Part shown: piece after piece, positions 16,040 to 25,703 of the stretch
Position numbering within the stretch: position 1 is the stretch's first letter
How the letters are laid out: every line of letters starts with the position of its first letter
Program-made: the position numbers and the translations under genes
The notes under the pieces: generated by a model
Told to the model about the DNA's origin: nothing
What the model saw: only the letters and a program-made list of their open reading frames with translations
The model's database searches: none
NCBI GenBank assembly: GCA_038727135.1
Contig: JAVYWL010000004.1
Location: forward strand, 1 to 64,000
Origin: Candidatus Bathyarchaeia archaeon
GTDB lineage: Archaea; Thermoproteota; Bathyarchaeia; Bathyarchaeales; Bathycorpusculaceae
Length of the DNA: 64,000 nucleotides
Reading direction: 5' to 3'

Positions 16040-16843
16040 TTGGCTGAAAACTTGTCCACTTCAAGGCACCTCAAAGTTCTCGTAAGTCCAAATACGGTTG
16101 AGGTTGAAGGAATAGTTAAAGAGGCGATATCCCAAAGGAAAACTCTCCTTTTGGTTGGCAATTGCTGGGTTCATTACCTCGGCAGAGCCAAGTCAAAGCT
16201 TGAACCAGGCGAGCGCATATTAATAATAAAGGAGGACGGCTCATTGCTTGTACACCGCCCAGTGGGATATGAACCAGTAAACTGGCAACCGCCCGGCTGT
16301 ATATTCCACACACAAGTTAAGGGCGAAATATTGGAGATTCATGCTGTAAGGCGAAAACCCCCAGAATCCGTGAGAGTTTTCTTTGACAAGATCCATTTAG
16401 TTTCGGCTATGGCGCTTGCAGACTCTGGAGAATTTTCACTCTATGCCAGCGAGGAGGACATGCACAAAGCTATACTTTTAGAGCCTTCCCTTTTAGAAGA
16501 GGGCTTCAAACCCATAAGCTATGAAAAGAAGGTCGAGCCCGGGTTCGTGGACGTTTACGGCGTTGACAAGGATGGACGTTTTGTTGTTGTTGAGATTAAG
16601 CGCAAAACGGCTGGTAAAGAGGCTATTTTCCAATTAGCAAAATATATAGAGGCTGTTAAAAGTAGAACAAACCGCGAGGTGCGCGGCATTTTAGTGGCAC
16701 CAAACATAGCTAAAGATGTGCAGAGGCTTCTTGAAACCCTTGGATTGGAGTTTAGGGCTTTAGACCCTAAAAAGTGCGCGGAAATTCTGAAAAGGGCTGA
16801 AATAAAAAGGCTTGAAGCCTTCTTTGGGGAGGAAAGCAAATGA
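16040..16843 (+). CDS. nucS: Endonuclease NucS/EndoMS
   Basis: YLGRAKS, K.DGSLLVH, PVNWQP, VDVYGVD...VVVEIKR, QLAKY. Confidence 0.95.
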   Translation: MAENLSTSRHLKVLVSPNTVEVEGIVKEAISQRKTLLLVGNCWVHYLGRAKSKLEPGERILIIKEDGSLLVHRPVGYEPVNWQPPGCIFHTQVKGEILEIHAVRRKPPESVRVFFDKIHLVSAMALADSGEFSLYASEEDMHKAILLEPSLLEEGFKPISYEKKVEPGFVDVYGVDKDGRFVVVEIKRKTAGKEAIFQLAKYIEAVKSRTNREVRGILVAPNIAKDVQRLLETLGLEFRALDPKKCAEILKRAEIKRLEAFFGEESK

Positions 16844-17751
16844 TTAGGCAAATATTGCCCCTAGCCTTTGACAGTTTCGGAGTTCGCTCAATGGCAACTT
16901 TTGTAGAAACTGATAACTTAAAAATCTTGATAGACCCTGGCGTTTCTCTTGCGCCGTTGCGCTATGGTTTGGAGCCGCATCCACTCGAGTGGCAGAGGTT
17001 GGACGAGACATGGAACATTATCAAGCAGTACGCGGAAGAATCAGAAGTGCTTGTTGTAACACACTATCATTATGACCATCATGACCCAGATTATCCAGAA
17101 CTTTATAGCGGAAAAACGGTTTTCATAAAACATCCCACAGAAAATATAAACAGAAGCCAAAGGGACAGGGCTGCCTACTTCCTCACAGCCATCAAAAACT
17201 TGCCGAAAAGGCTTGAGATTGCGGACGGTAAAAGCTTCCAGTTTGGCGAAACCGCCATAACATTTTCAAAGGCTGTTTGCCACGGAACAAACCCAAGACT
17301 TGGCTATGTAACTGAAACATGCATAAAAAGTGGTGGCGAAAAGTTCCTTCACACCTCAGACGTAGAGGGACTGTCGCTTGATGATCAAATAGTCTTCATC
17401 TTAAACGAGAAGCCGGACGTGCTCTTTGTTGATGGACCAATGACATATATGCTTGGTTACCGCTTCTCTTTCAAAAGCCTTGAAATATCCAACAGCAACC
17501 TCATCAAAGCCATAAAAGAGACAAGCGTCCACACAATCGTTTTAGACCACCATTTCCTACGCGACCTAAACTACAAAATGAGAATAAAACCGGTTTACGA
17601 AGAAGCCCAAAAACGTGGCGTTAAGGTTATTACAGCTGCAGAGTTTTCTGGTAGAAAGATAGAGATGCTTGAAGCCTTGAGAAAGGAGCTTTACGCAAAA
17701 TACGGCATGGAAAAATTCGAGGTTAAGAGGAGGCCGCTTAGGGAGGAATAA
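16840..17751 (+). CDS. Metallo-beta-lactamase fold hydrolase (UPF0282-like)
   Basis: SFGVRSMAT, IDPG, THYHYDH, DHHFLRD. Confidence 0.88.
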   Translation: MIRQILPLAFDSFGVRSMATFVETDNLKILIDPGVSLAPLRYGLEPHPLEWQRLDETWNIIKQYAEESEVLVVTHYHYDHHDPDYPELYSGKTVFIKHPTENINRSQRDRAAYFLTAIKNLPKRLEIADGKSFQFGETAITFSKAVCHGTNPRLGYVTETCIKSGGEKFLHTSDVEGLSLDDQIVFILNEKPDVLFVDGPMTYMLGYRFSFKSLEISNSNLIKAIKETSVHTIVLDHHFLRDLNYKMRIKPVYEEAQKRGVKVITAAEFSGRKIEMLEALRKELYAKYGMEKFEVKRRPLREE

Positions 17752-17797
17752 CAAAAGCCTAAATACTGGGCTGAACAGTTTGGCTTTTGGCGTCTCT

Positions 17798-18331
17798 ATG
17801 AATCTTTGGCGAGATATCCCATGCGGAGAAAAACCACCAGAAATCTTAAACATGATTATTGAGGTTATCAGCGGTTCGAGAGATAAGTACGAATATAACA
17901 TTAAATGGGAAACCTTTGTCCTAGACCGCATAATACCATCATCGGTGGTTTTTCCAGTTGAGTATGGCTTTGTGCCCCAAACATGGTTTGACGACGAAGA
18001 CCCATTGGACATAATGGCGCTAAGCTATGAGCCCCTCGAGGTAGGATGCCTAGTGAAGGTTAGAGTTATAGGCGCATTAATCATCGAGGACGAGAAGGGC
18101 GAAGACCCCAAAATCTTATCTGTGCTTGTTGACGACGCCAGATTCGACGGCTACAAGGATATAAGCGACATCCATCCCCACAAGCTAAGAGAAATTCAAG
18201 AGTTTTTCGAAACCTACAAACGTCTTGAACCTCACAAGTGGGTTAGGTTTAAGGAATGGAGAAACGCAAAAGAAGCCATGAAAATCGTCGAATATGCCAT
18301 CAAAAAGTTCAGGGAATTAAAAACTACTTAA
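17798..18331 (+). CDS. ppa: Inorganic pyrophosphatase (family I)
   Basis: KYEY, YGFVPQT, DEDPLD, FFETYK. Confidence 0.95.
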   Translation: MNLWRDIPCGEKPPEILNMIIEVISGSRDKYEYNIKWETFVLDRIIPSSVVFPVEYGFVPQTWFDDEDPLDIMALSYEPLEVGCLVKVRVIGALIIEDEKGEDPKILSVLVDDARFDGYKDISDIHPHKLREIQEFFETYKRLEPHKWVRFKEWRNAKEAMKIVEYAIKKFRELKTT

Positions 18332-20049
18332 AGTGTTATCAGCCTTTGGCTAAAAGCTTCAAACTCCTTTTCTGAAAGCCAACCCTCTTCTTTCAGCTTC
18401 TTTAATCCTTGTTCCAATTGTTTCCGTTTAGAGCCTTCGCCGAGCATGCTTGTTTTTTCTCCAATCTCGTGGATTTCTCTGGCAAAGGCTGCATCCTTCT
18501 CCATTAAGGCTGGAAGTCTCTCCAAAAGCGCCGTTACCGCCTTAAACCTAGGAGTCAACAGGTGCTTAACTTTTGCCTTTCCAAGGGCGCCTTTAAGCCT
18601 TGCAGTAAAGCCTATGCTGTTCACTGTGGATGGTGCAAAAATCATGTAGCGCTTCTTCATTTCCGCTTCATAACAAACCATATAAAAGGGAATGTAAACT
18701 AAGCTTAGCTGTTTGTTTTCCTGCTGGATTCCCAACCCCTTAATGTTTGCTAAATCCGCCTCCCTCAACTTTATTGTATTGTTTATTTGTGCAATTATGT
18801 TAGCAGCCATGTTTTCCAGCTTTTCCATTTCCTGTTTGTGAACCTGTATTTTCGCGTCACGAGTGGATTCCAGTTCAAGCAGATTTTTCCTAGCCTCTTT
18901 AATTTTCGCCTCCCATTCAGACCTTAGCTTGAAGGTTTCGGCAGATTCGCTTTCTTCAACTTCCTTAATTTTTTCCTCCACTTCTTCGATTTTCCTGTTT
19001 ATTTCAGACAACTCCCTTTTTGCCTCGTTGGCTTTTTCCTTCCATTTTCTCTCTCCAACATTATCTTTTTTAGCTGCGCATGTTTTGGCTTCTAAATTGT
19101 ATTGCTCAATTTTTCTAAGCGTCTGCTCTTTCATCTTTTCAAGTTTAACCTTCTCCTTTTGCAATGGCAGAAGTTGCTTCTCAAAATTCTTTATCAGTTT
19201 GGCTCTTTGCTCTTCATATTCCTCATTTACCCTGTTGATTTTTTGCGCTGCAATTTCCTCTTCTTTTCTAATAACTTCTTCAAACTCTGCTTTGACAGTC
19301 CTAATTTTTCCACGTATCTCTTTTACGAAATTTCTTGTAGTCTTGTTAAGGAGTTTTATACTCTCTTTCAGCGTAGCAACTTCAGCTTCGAAGTCCTCCC
19401 TTAACCTTTCCAACTCCTCAACTGCTAACAAAATCGCCGACTCATCAACCGATGGATTTAATAGAACAGCCTCGGAGGACGTCAGCTCAATTTGTTTTGC
19501 TTCCGAAAGATATTCGTTAAACTCGCCAAGAAACGCGGTTTCGCTGACCAGTCCATCCACTGTGACTTTCCTTTCACCGCTTGGCACTTGAAAATAGTTT
19601 AGATTGTCGGACAGAAAAGCCATGTAGGTTTCCAAGGATTTTGCGCTTCTATGGGCGTTTTCTATGAATGCTTTAGCGTCTGGTATAATCTTATAGGTTG
19701 CCGTATAAGCCGACTGCTTTAATCCATCAAAGACTAGGCTTAACGTATTCCATGGTGCAAGCCAAAAGGGATAATAAAACTTTGTTAAGAAAACTGTTTT
19801 CTCCTCCGCCTTCCTTAATATTAGGCCTCCACCCTTTTCCCTTTTCACTTCTGCAAAGCAATAGATGGCTGCCCTTTCCATATCTGCCGTGAAGGGTTCT
19901 TTTCGGTTTTCAGCTGGAACTGAAAAAGGAAGTATTAACCTTGCAATTTTATGCGACAATTCTTCACCGTTAATGAAGGTATTACGTGAATCCTTTAAAT
20001 GTCTTGCCACTATCCCTTCTTGGCTCTCCATTTTATTATTGGTATGCAT
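18328..20049 (-). CDS. Long coiled-coil protein of unknown function
   Basis: 573 aa with roughly 240-aa central K/E-rich heptad region flanked by globular domains. Confidence 0.85.
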   Translation of the reverse strand: MHTNNKMESQEGIVARHLKDSRNTFINGEELSHKIARLILPFSVPAENRKEPFTADMERAAIYCFAEVKREKGGGLILRKAEEKTVFLTKFYYPFWLAPWNTLSLVFDGLKQSAYTATYKIIPDAKAFIENAHRSAKSLETYMAFLSDNLNYFQVPSGERKVTVDGLVSETAFLGEFNEYLSEAKQIELTSSEAVLLNPSVDESAILLAVEELERLREDFEAEVATLKESIKLLNKTTRNFVKEIRGKIRTVKAEFEEVIRKEEEIAAQKINRVNEEYEEQRAKLIKNFEKQLLPLQKEKVKLEKMKEQTLRKIEQYNLEAKTCAAKKDNVGERKWKEKANEAKRELSEINRKIEEVEEKIKEVEESESAETFKLRSEWEAKIKEARKNLLELESTRDAKIQVHKQEMEKLENMAANIIAQINNTIKLREADLANIKGLGIQQENKQLSLVYIPFYMVCYEAEMKKRYMIFAPSTVNSIGFTARLKGALGKAKVKHLLTPRFKAVTALLERLPALMEKDAAFAREIHEIGEKTSMLGEGSKRKQLEQGLKKLKEEGWLSEKEFEAFSQRLITL

Positions 20050-21239
20050 ATTGTGGCAATTACTGCTGTTACAAGAATCACCAAAACAACTATGTTGATG
20101 TAGATTTTATACAGCTCTTTAAAAGTGGGGTTCGCTTCAGAATACTGCAAAGGCAATGTTGCTAATACGGCGGCCGCCAAACCCCTTGTCAGAATTACAC
20201 TCATTATTGGACGTTCTTCGGCGAGTTCGCTGCAGCGGGCTGTTGCTAATCGCACGGCACCAAATCTAGCTAGCAACAGTATGAAGGAAAGGATTATGCC
20301 GAGAATGGCCATTCTTATGTCACCTATTGTTGATATCAGGCCTATATAGACAAAGAAGAATGTTCTTAACAGAAATGCCACTTCAGACTCAAACCTCTTT
20401 AACCCAGCGTCAATAACAGTTTCTGCTGGTCTTTCCATTCGAAGCATTCTGTAAATCTCCTTTTCATTCCCCAACACTATGCCAAAGAGGAGGCAGCATA
20501 ACGCCCCGCTGCCGCCCAGGGTTTCTGAAACAGCGTATGCTAGTAGCACAACGGCTAGTGTGAGGATATAAGCATATGGTGCCTTTACAATCCTTTTTAG
20601 TATGCTTAACCATAAAAGTCCGAAAAATATTCCAAGCACTATTCCTATCGAGAATTTGCTTGCAATTGCTTGCCCAATGGCTATGGGTTCAACGGCGCTT
20701 CCCAAAATTATCTCAATAATTGTCAATGAGAAAACGATGCATAAAATGTCTGTCAGCGCCGATTCGAGGCTTAATATTGTTGAACATTTTTCGCTAATCC
20801 CTATCTTTGATGCAAGTGAAATCACAACTATGCTGCTGCTTCCTCCCAAAATCGTTCCTAACAATATTGAGTATGTTACTGGTTTGTCTGGCATCAACAA
20901 TAAAGCTGCAAACAATGTTGTGGTTGCAACGCTTAAACCAAAACCCCCAACAGCCAACACAGTGGCTCTAGGGCTTTCGGTGAAAACGCGGTAAATATTC
21001 ATAGCCATTCCACCGTCGAATAATATGAAGACTAAGGCTAGGGCAGCGAAGTATGGAGTCAGCGGCATTATGAACTGCTCGGTGTCCACCAATTTTGTTA
21101 CGGGTCCAACCAGCATGCCCAAAATTATAAGGAAAATCATGTCAGGGAAACCGGTGCGCTCAAAGAAGTAGTTGCCTAAAAATCCTATAACAATTATTGA
21201 GCCAGCCAAAGCCAACGCAAGTGTTACTGGGTCAAGCAT
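20010..21239 (-). CDS. Cation:proton antiporter (CPA1/NhaP-like)
   Basis: Many TM helices; ILFDGG, LSLESALTD, TRGLAAAVLA motifs. Confidence 0.9.
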   Translation of the reverse strand: MLDPVTLALALAGSIIVIGFLGNYFFERTGFPDMIFLIILGMLVGPVTKLVDTEQFIMPLTPYFAALALVFILFDGGMAMNIYRVFTESPRATVLAVGGFGLSVATTTLFAALLLMPDKPVTYSILLGTILGGSSSIVVISLASKIGISEKCSTILSLESALTDILCIVFSLTIIEIILGSAVEPIAIGQAIASKFSIGIVLGIFFGLLWLSILKRIVKAPYAYILTLAVVLLAYAVSETLGGSGALCCLLFGIVLGNEKEIYRMLRMERPAETVIDAGLKRFESEVAFLLRTFFFVYIGLISTIGDIRMAILGIILSFILLLARFGAVRLATARCSELAEERPIMSVILTRGLAAAVLATLPLQYSEANPTFKELYKIYINIVVLVILVTAVIATICIPIIKWRAKKG

Positions 21240-21323
21240 TTTATGAAACCTTTCACTTAGTTTAATAATTTGCCTTAAAATCTTTGCTCTAAAATATGCA
21301 TGTTTATTTTAACCTACCAACAA

Positions 21324-22292
21324 CTAGAAAATTGCTTGAAACACTATGTAGACCGTTATGAGGATTATTCCGCCAAGTTGTGTTACTCCTCCCTTTGTCA
21401 AGTACCTCCATAAAATGAGGTTCATTATGAGCACGAATATGAGAATTTCAGTGAACATTAGCTGTTCGATTGCAAACGGCGCGAAAAGTAAAACTATGCC
21501 CAAGGCCAAGGTTATAGTTGTAAGGTTTGCGCCGATGGCGTCGCCCAAAGCAAGGTGTACTCTTCCTCTTTTGAGAGCTACCAGCCCAAAAGCAAGTTCA
21601 GGGAGAGATGTGCCCACTGCCACTATCTTGGCACCGATTTCGGGCTGAGAGATGCCCACTAAGTTAATAATTTCAATAGCTGATGTGATGGTGGTTCTAG
21701 CGGACAACACAACAATAGCAACTGCAATGAGGATTGTAATGAGGATTATAAGTGGTTTTTTCCTTTCCACGCGTCTATCTTTAATATGGTCGAAAGTGGG
21801 AGGTCGCCGCTTTCTGCTCATCCTATAAAAACTTAGAACAAAAATGACTATTAATAGAACACCGATAATGGAACTGGCTGCCTTGAATGCAACGAGAAGT
21901 AAAGGTATGATAGAAGCGAGAAAAAGTAAATCAATAAGTTCTACCAGCGCTTCTGTCCTGCATTTTTTTAAAGAACCAAACGTTGCTAATAACCCGACCA
22001 CTACACCAATGTTAAAGAGATGTGAACCTAAAATGTCGCCTATGCTGATTCCTGCTGTGCCATGTTGCACTGAAAAAACCGCTACAGTTATTTCAGGCAT
22101 ACAAGTCATAATCGCCAAGATCACAAATCCAGCTGCAACTTCGCTTAGACTAATGATTTCCATAAAATCTTCAATATGTTTTATGGCGAAAAAGCTGGCT
22201 GTCGCTAAGACAGCCAAAGAGGCAAACAGCGCCAAAGCTTGAATGATTATCTCTACCATTAAATGCACCAAATGTAAACTCTGGAAAACCAA
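21324..22292 (-). CDS. Sodium/calcium exchanger family protein
   Basis: Alpha repeats TCMPE...GDILGS and GTSLPEL...GDAIGAN. Confidence 0.9.
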   Translation of the reverse strand: MVFQSLHLVHLMVEIIIQALALFASLAVLATASFFAIKHIEDFMEIISLSEVAAGFVILAIMTCMPEITVAVFSVQHGTAGISIGDILGSHLFNIGVVVGLLATFGSLKKCRTEALVELIDLLFLASIIPLLLVAFKAASSIIGVLLIVIFVLSFYRMSRKRRPPTFDHIKDRRVERKKPLIILITILIAVAIVVLSARTTITSAIEIINLVGISQPEIGAKIVAVGTSLPELAFGLVALKRGRVHLALGDAIGANLTTITLALGIVLLFAPFAIEQLMFTEILIFVLIMNLILWRYLTKGGVTQLGGIILITVYIVFQAIF

Positions 22293-22342
22293 AACTAACT
22301 ACGTCAGCGTTTATAAATTATTTTCTCCCATTGTCTAATACC

Positions 22343-22930
22343 TCACCAGATTTTATCCACTTTTAAATGCGTCAGATATCCAGCTAAACCATAAAGCGGA
22401 AAGACAAGAATTTTAATAAAATTTCCAGTTCGTACGGGAAATTTCACGAAGGCGAAAAAGCCAACAAAAAAGAGGAAAACGCAGTAAACTGAGTAGGTTT
22501 CCGTGGTTCTCCAGTTTAGTCGTATACCCGAAAACAAAATCCAAACAAGCAATGGCGCGAATAAAAGTATGGCGTAGCGTTTATACCATGAAAGATCTTT
22601 CCCACCATTGTTTTTGGCTTTTCTTCTGTAGATGGACGGTAAGTCTGGTAGGAAGTTGCTGTAAAAGAAAACCGCTAACCCCCAGAGCATTGTGTCTAAA
22701 GCGTTTTCGCCGAAAAAGTAGAACTCTAGGAAAATGTAGAGGAGGCTTGCAGGCAAGATTATCCACTTGAAAACCTTTATTGATGACTGGACGTGCTCTC
22801 TTGTTTCCTCTTTCATGCGCCAAACTGGAAGCTTCGACCTAATCTTTCGGTTAATGCTCTTAAACGAGTTGAGTACAAAGTTGAAAAAGGCGTGATATAA
22901 TGTTGCCAAAAACTTTCTTATCCTCGACAT
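22343..22930 (-). CDS. Membrane protein, possible YdjM-like metal-dependent hydrolase
   Basis: Several TM segments; LPD and GYLTHL..D motifs. Confidence 0.6.
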   Translation of the reverse strand: MSRIRKFLATLYHAFFNFVLNSFKSINRKIRSKLPVWRMKEETREHVQSSIKVFKWIILPASLLYIFLEFYFFGENALDTMLWGLAVFFYSNFLPDLPSIYRRKAKNNGGKDLSWYKRYAILLFAPLLVWILFSGIRLNWRTTETYSVYCVFLFFVGFFAFVKFPVRTGNFIKILVFPLYGLAGYLTHLKVDKIW

Positions 22931-22941
22931 GGCTTTAACCG

Positions 22942-24303
22942 TCAGCCTTTAACTTTTTCCAAGAAATCCGTTATCCTTTTCTGGAAAAGGGCATCCTTCA
23001 AAAGTTCGCTGCGCATAATCCACTGGCGAATAGGAATCTTAAAGCGGCTTGCAATAAACTTTAGGGCCTCATCTAAAGTTTTGAAAGTGTAGGGTTTCTG
23101 GCGCATGGCATTCCTAACGTTTTCACGAACTTGCCAGACGCCGACCGGCATTATGTAGCCAGGATGAGCCTCCCGAAGCACTATGACCGTTGCTTGGCGC
23201 TGCTCCCTAACGAGTTGTTCGCAGACAGCCAAACGCGCCGCGTAGTAGCATCCACCAATTTCAGCATACGTTGTTCGCCCCTCATAGCCTTCCCAGTCGG
23301 AAAACATTATAACACTTCTTCCATGGGGGTTCCAAACGGTGCCCGGATACCAAGCCTCTATGGCTTCATAGCTCCACTTGCCCGGAATCATTAAAACTTC
23401 AAAAATGTTGTCCAAATAACGAGACTCGTAAACGCGATATTCGCTTATTTCTGGAAAAGTCTTCACTTTTTCCATAAGCTCCTTTGAGATTATGCTGTCA
23501 ACGGCTGTTATACTCCAGCGGGTTGGCACAAGACGCCTATTCTTTTCCATACCAAAGGCGCCAACGCTAAAAGCTCTTTGAATCTTCGTTACCAAAACAC
23601 CTTTGTTGTAAAGCTCTAAAACCGCCTCCGCAGCCTTCAAATCCGTATCATAATAGGCTTTCTCAATTTGATGATCCCACCGGGCATATCCAACCCTTAA
23701 GTCGCGTATGGGCGCAGAAGGACCAAAAGGCTGAACTTCATCGTCCAAAACTATGAAACCTCTAGGTTTTTTCTTCAAAAGAAGCTCGACATCAACGGGT
23801 TTAACAGCTAAGGCAAGCTCCCGGGTTTTCTCAATAATTTTTCCAGCTTCCAAAAACTTCTGCACATGAACACGATGCTTACCACGAATGAGCATAGAGC
23901 GGAAACCAACAATTTCGTCAATAGATTTTCCAAACCAGTATTCCGGCAGGTCATAAAGGCTTGTGTCCTCTTGCACAGGCGGAACAAGGGGTCCAGCATA
24001 AACATATGGATAGCCAATCCTACCAACAAAAACACTTGGAGGAGAAGCCCCAGCAATATCCTCACTCTGCATCAACGGAACACTTTTCAAGAAGTAGTTA
24101 GCCCTAACAATTATTGGACAACGAGTCTTTCCGCAGAGAAAACGTGAACCCTTACAAGCAACACATAAACCGCTTCTAGAAGCCTTAACAACAACCTGAC
24201 TTTCATCATAACCTACATCCACAGCTGCACTAGAATCTTTTAGAACATTAAGTAACCAAACGTTCGGCGAGCACCTATCCACAAGCCTTTGAGAAAACCG
24301 CAA
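22942..24303 (-). CDS. nreA: Nre family DNA repair protein
   Basis: CVACKG..LCG..CP, SPPSVFVG, LVPTRWSITAVD, PVGVWQVRE, C-terminal PIP box QKRITDF; start uncertain. Confidence 0.92.
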   Translation of the reverse strand: MRFSQRLVDRCSPNVWLLNVLKDSSAAVDVGYDESQVVVKASRSGLCVACKGSRFLCGKTRCPIIVRANYFLKSVPLMQSEDIAGASPPSVFVGRIGYPYVYAGPLVPPVQEDTSLYDLPEYWFGKSIDEIVGFRSMLIRGKHRVHVQKFLEAGKIIEKTRELALAVKPVDVELLLKKKPRGFIVLDDEVQPFGPSAPIRDLRVGYARWDHQIEKAYYDTDLKAAEAVLELYNKGVLVTKIQRAFSVGAFGMEKNRRLVPTRWSITAVDSIISKELMEKVKTFPEISEYRVYESRYLDNIFEVLMIPGKWSYEAIEAWYPGTVWNPHGRSVIMFSDWEGYEGRTTYAEIGGCYYAARLAVCEQLVREQRQATVIVLREAHPGYIMPVGVWQVRENVRNAMRQKPYTFKTLDEALKFIASRFKIPIRQWIMRSELLKDALFQKRITDFLEKVKG

Positions 24304-24420
24304 GCTTACCCATCAAAATCTGATTAAAACACATTCATATGCTTTATGTTAACCAGCATTCACCAGAAAACTTAATTGTCTTATATATCAAAATTTGAAA
24401 GTTCAAAAGAGCTGAAAAAC

Positions 24421-25548
24421 ATGAAAGTGGATAAATTTTTAGTTGAAAGATTCATAGGCTCCTACGAACATAAAGTGGAGCTCAACCTTGCGGAAACATG
24501 TGTCAATCCATTCACCTTAGGCGAATTTCTAACCCTTATGGGTAGCGAAAAGTTTTTTGAAGAGTTCAAAGGAACACAACTTACATACGGTTTCGTTGAC
24601 GGTTCTCCTGAACTTAGAGAGGGAATTTCGAGACTATACAAGCGCATGAAGCCGGAAAACATTCTTATTTCTGGTGGAGCTATAGGCGCAAACTTTCTCG
24701 TTTTTTATACTCTTGTTGAACCCGGAGATACGGTTATTTCCATTTTTCCAGCCTATCAGCAGCTCTACAGCGTAGCCAAATCCTTCGGCGCCAACGTTAA
24801 GTTTTTAAAATTGCGAGAAGAAGATCGCTGGCTTCTAGATATTAACGAATTATCTGAACTTGTCGACGACAAAACCAAACTCATCGTGCTTATAAATCCC
24901 CACAATCCCACCGGAGCCCTTTTTGATGATAAGTTTTTGAAAGAAATTTGCTCTGTTGCAGAAGATGCGGGCGCCTATTTACTCTGCGACGAAGCCTATA
25001 GGGGTTTATACATAAATCCAGATGATTACGTTCCATCAGTTGCAGATTTAAGTGATAATGCCATAGCAACCGGTTCTTTTTCTAAGGCTTTTTCGCTTAC
25101 AGGTTTGCGGTTAGGGTGGATAGCCGCCAGTGAAGAAATTATTGAGGAATGCATGCTTCATAAAGACTATACAACAATTAGCAATGGTCTAATAGATGAT
25201 GCCCTCGCGACTCTAGCCGTTAAAAACGTGAATAAAATCTTTAAACGTAACTTGGAAATCATCCGTACAAACTACGAAATTCTTTCCCGATGGATCGAAG
25301 ATGAACCATTAATCAATTGGATTCCCCCAAGGGCGGGAAGCATAGCTTTCCTTCGTTATAGCCTAAAAATGCCATCGGAAGCCCTTTGCCTTCGCCTCAT
25401 AAAAGAAAAGGGGACACTATTAGTCCCGGGATCGTGCTTCGAAATGGAAGGATACTTACGCATCGGTTATGGATGCAAAACTGAAACCTTGAAAGAAGGA
25501 TTATCGAGATTCAAAGATTTCCTAAACTCTTACCGAAAAAAAGGCTAA
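24421..25548 (+). CDS. PLP-dependent aminotransferase class I/II
   Basis: INPHNPTG, DEAY, SFSKAFSLTGLRLGW. Confidence 0.92.
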   Translation: MKVDKFLVERFIGSYEHKVELNLAETCVNPFTLGEFLTLMGSEKFFEEFKGTQLTYGFVDGSPELREGISRLYKRMKPENILISGGAIGANFLVFYTLVEPGDTVISIFPAYQQLYSVAKSFGANVKFLKLREEDRWLLDINELSELVDDKTKLIVLINPHNPTGALFDDKFLKEICSVAEDAGAYLLCDEAYRGLYINPDDYVPSVADLSDNAIATGSFSKAFSLTGLRLGWIAASEEIIEECMLHKDYTTISNGLIDDALATLAVKNVNKIFKRNLEIIRTNYEILSRWIEDEPLINWIPPRAGSIAFLRYSLKMPSEALCLRLIKEKGTLLVPGSCFEMEGYLRIGYGCKTETLKEGLSRFKDFLNSYRKKG

Positions 25549-25564
25549 GCAAATATGTTATTTT

Positions 25565-25642
25565 TGGCGCCCTGGCCGGGATTTGAACCCGGGTCGGGCG
25601 GGCGACAGCCGCCTATACTAGACCGGACTATACTACCAGGGC
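25565..25642 (-). tRNA. tRNA-Asp(GTC), CCA encoded
   Basis: GCCCTGG acceptor stem, GGCGG-CT-GTC-GC-CCGCC anticodon arm, GTTCAAATC T loop. Confidence 0.97.
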
Positions 25643-25703
25643 TTTTAGGCGGATGCCAAGATGAATAGAAGGAAAATGTTGATTTATTAAGTTTTCTTGG
25701 CTT

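Noticed and set aside
18863-19591. 242-aa Ser/Phe/Leu-rich plus-strand ORF
   Set aside because: Antisense shadow of the K/E-rich coiled-coil gene
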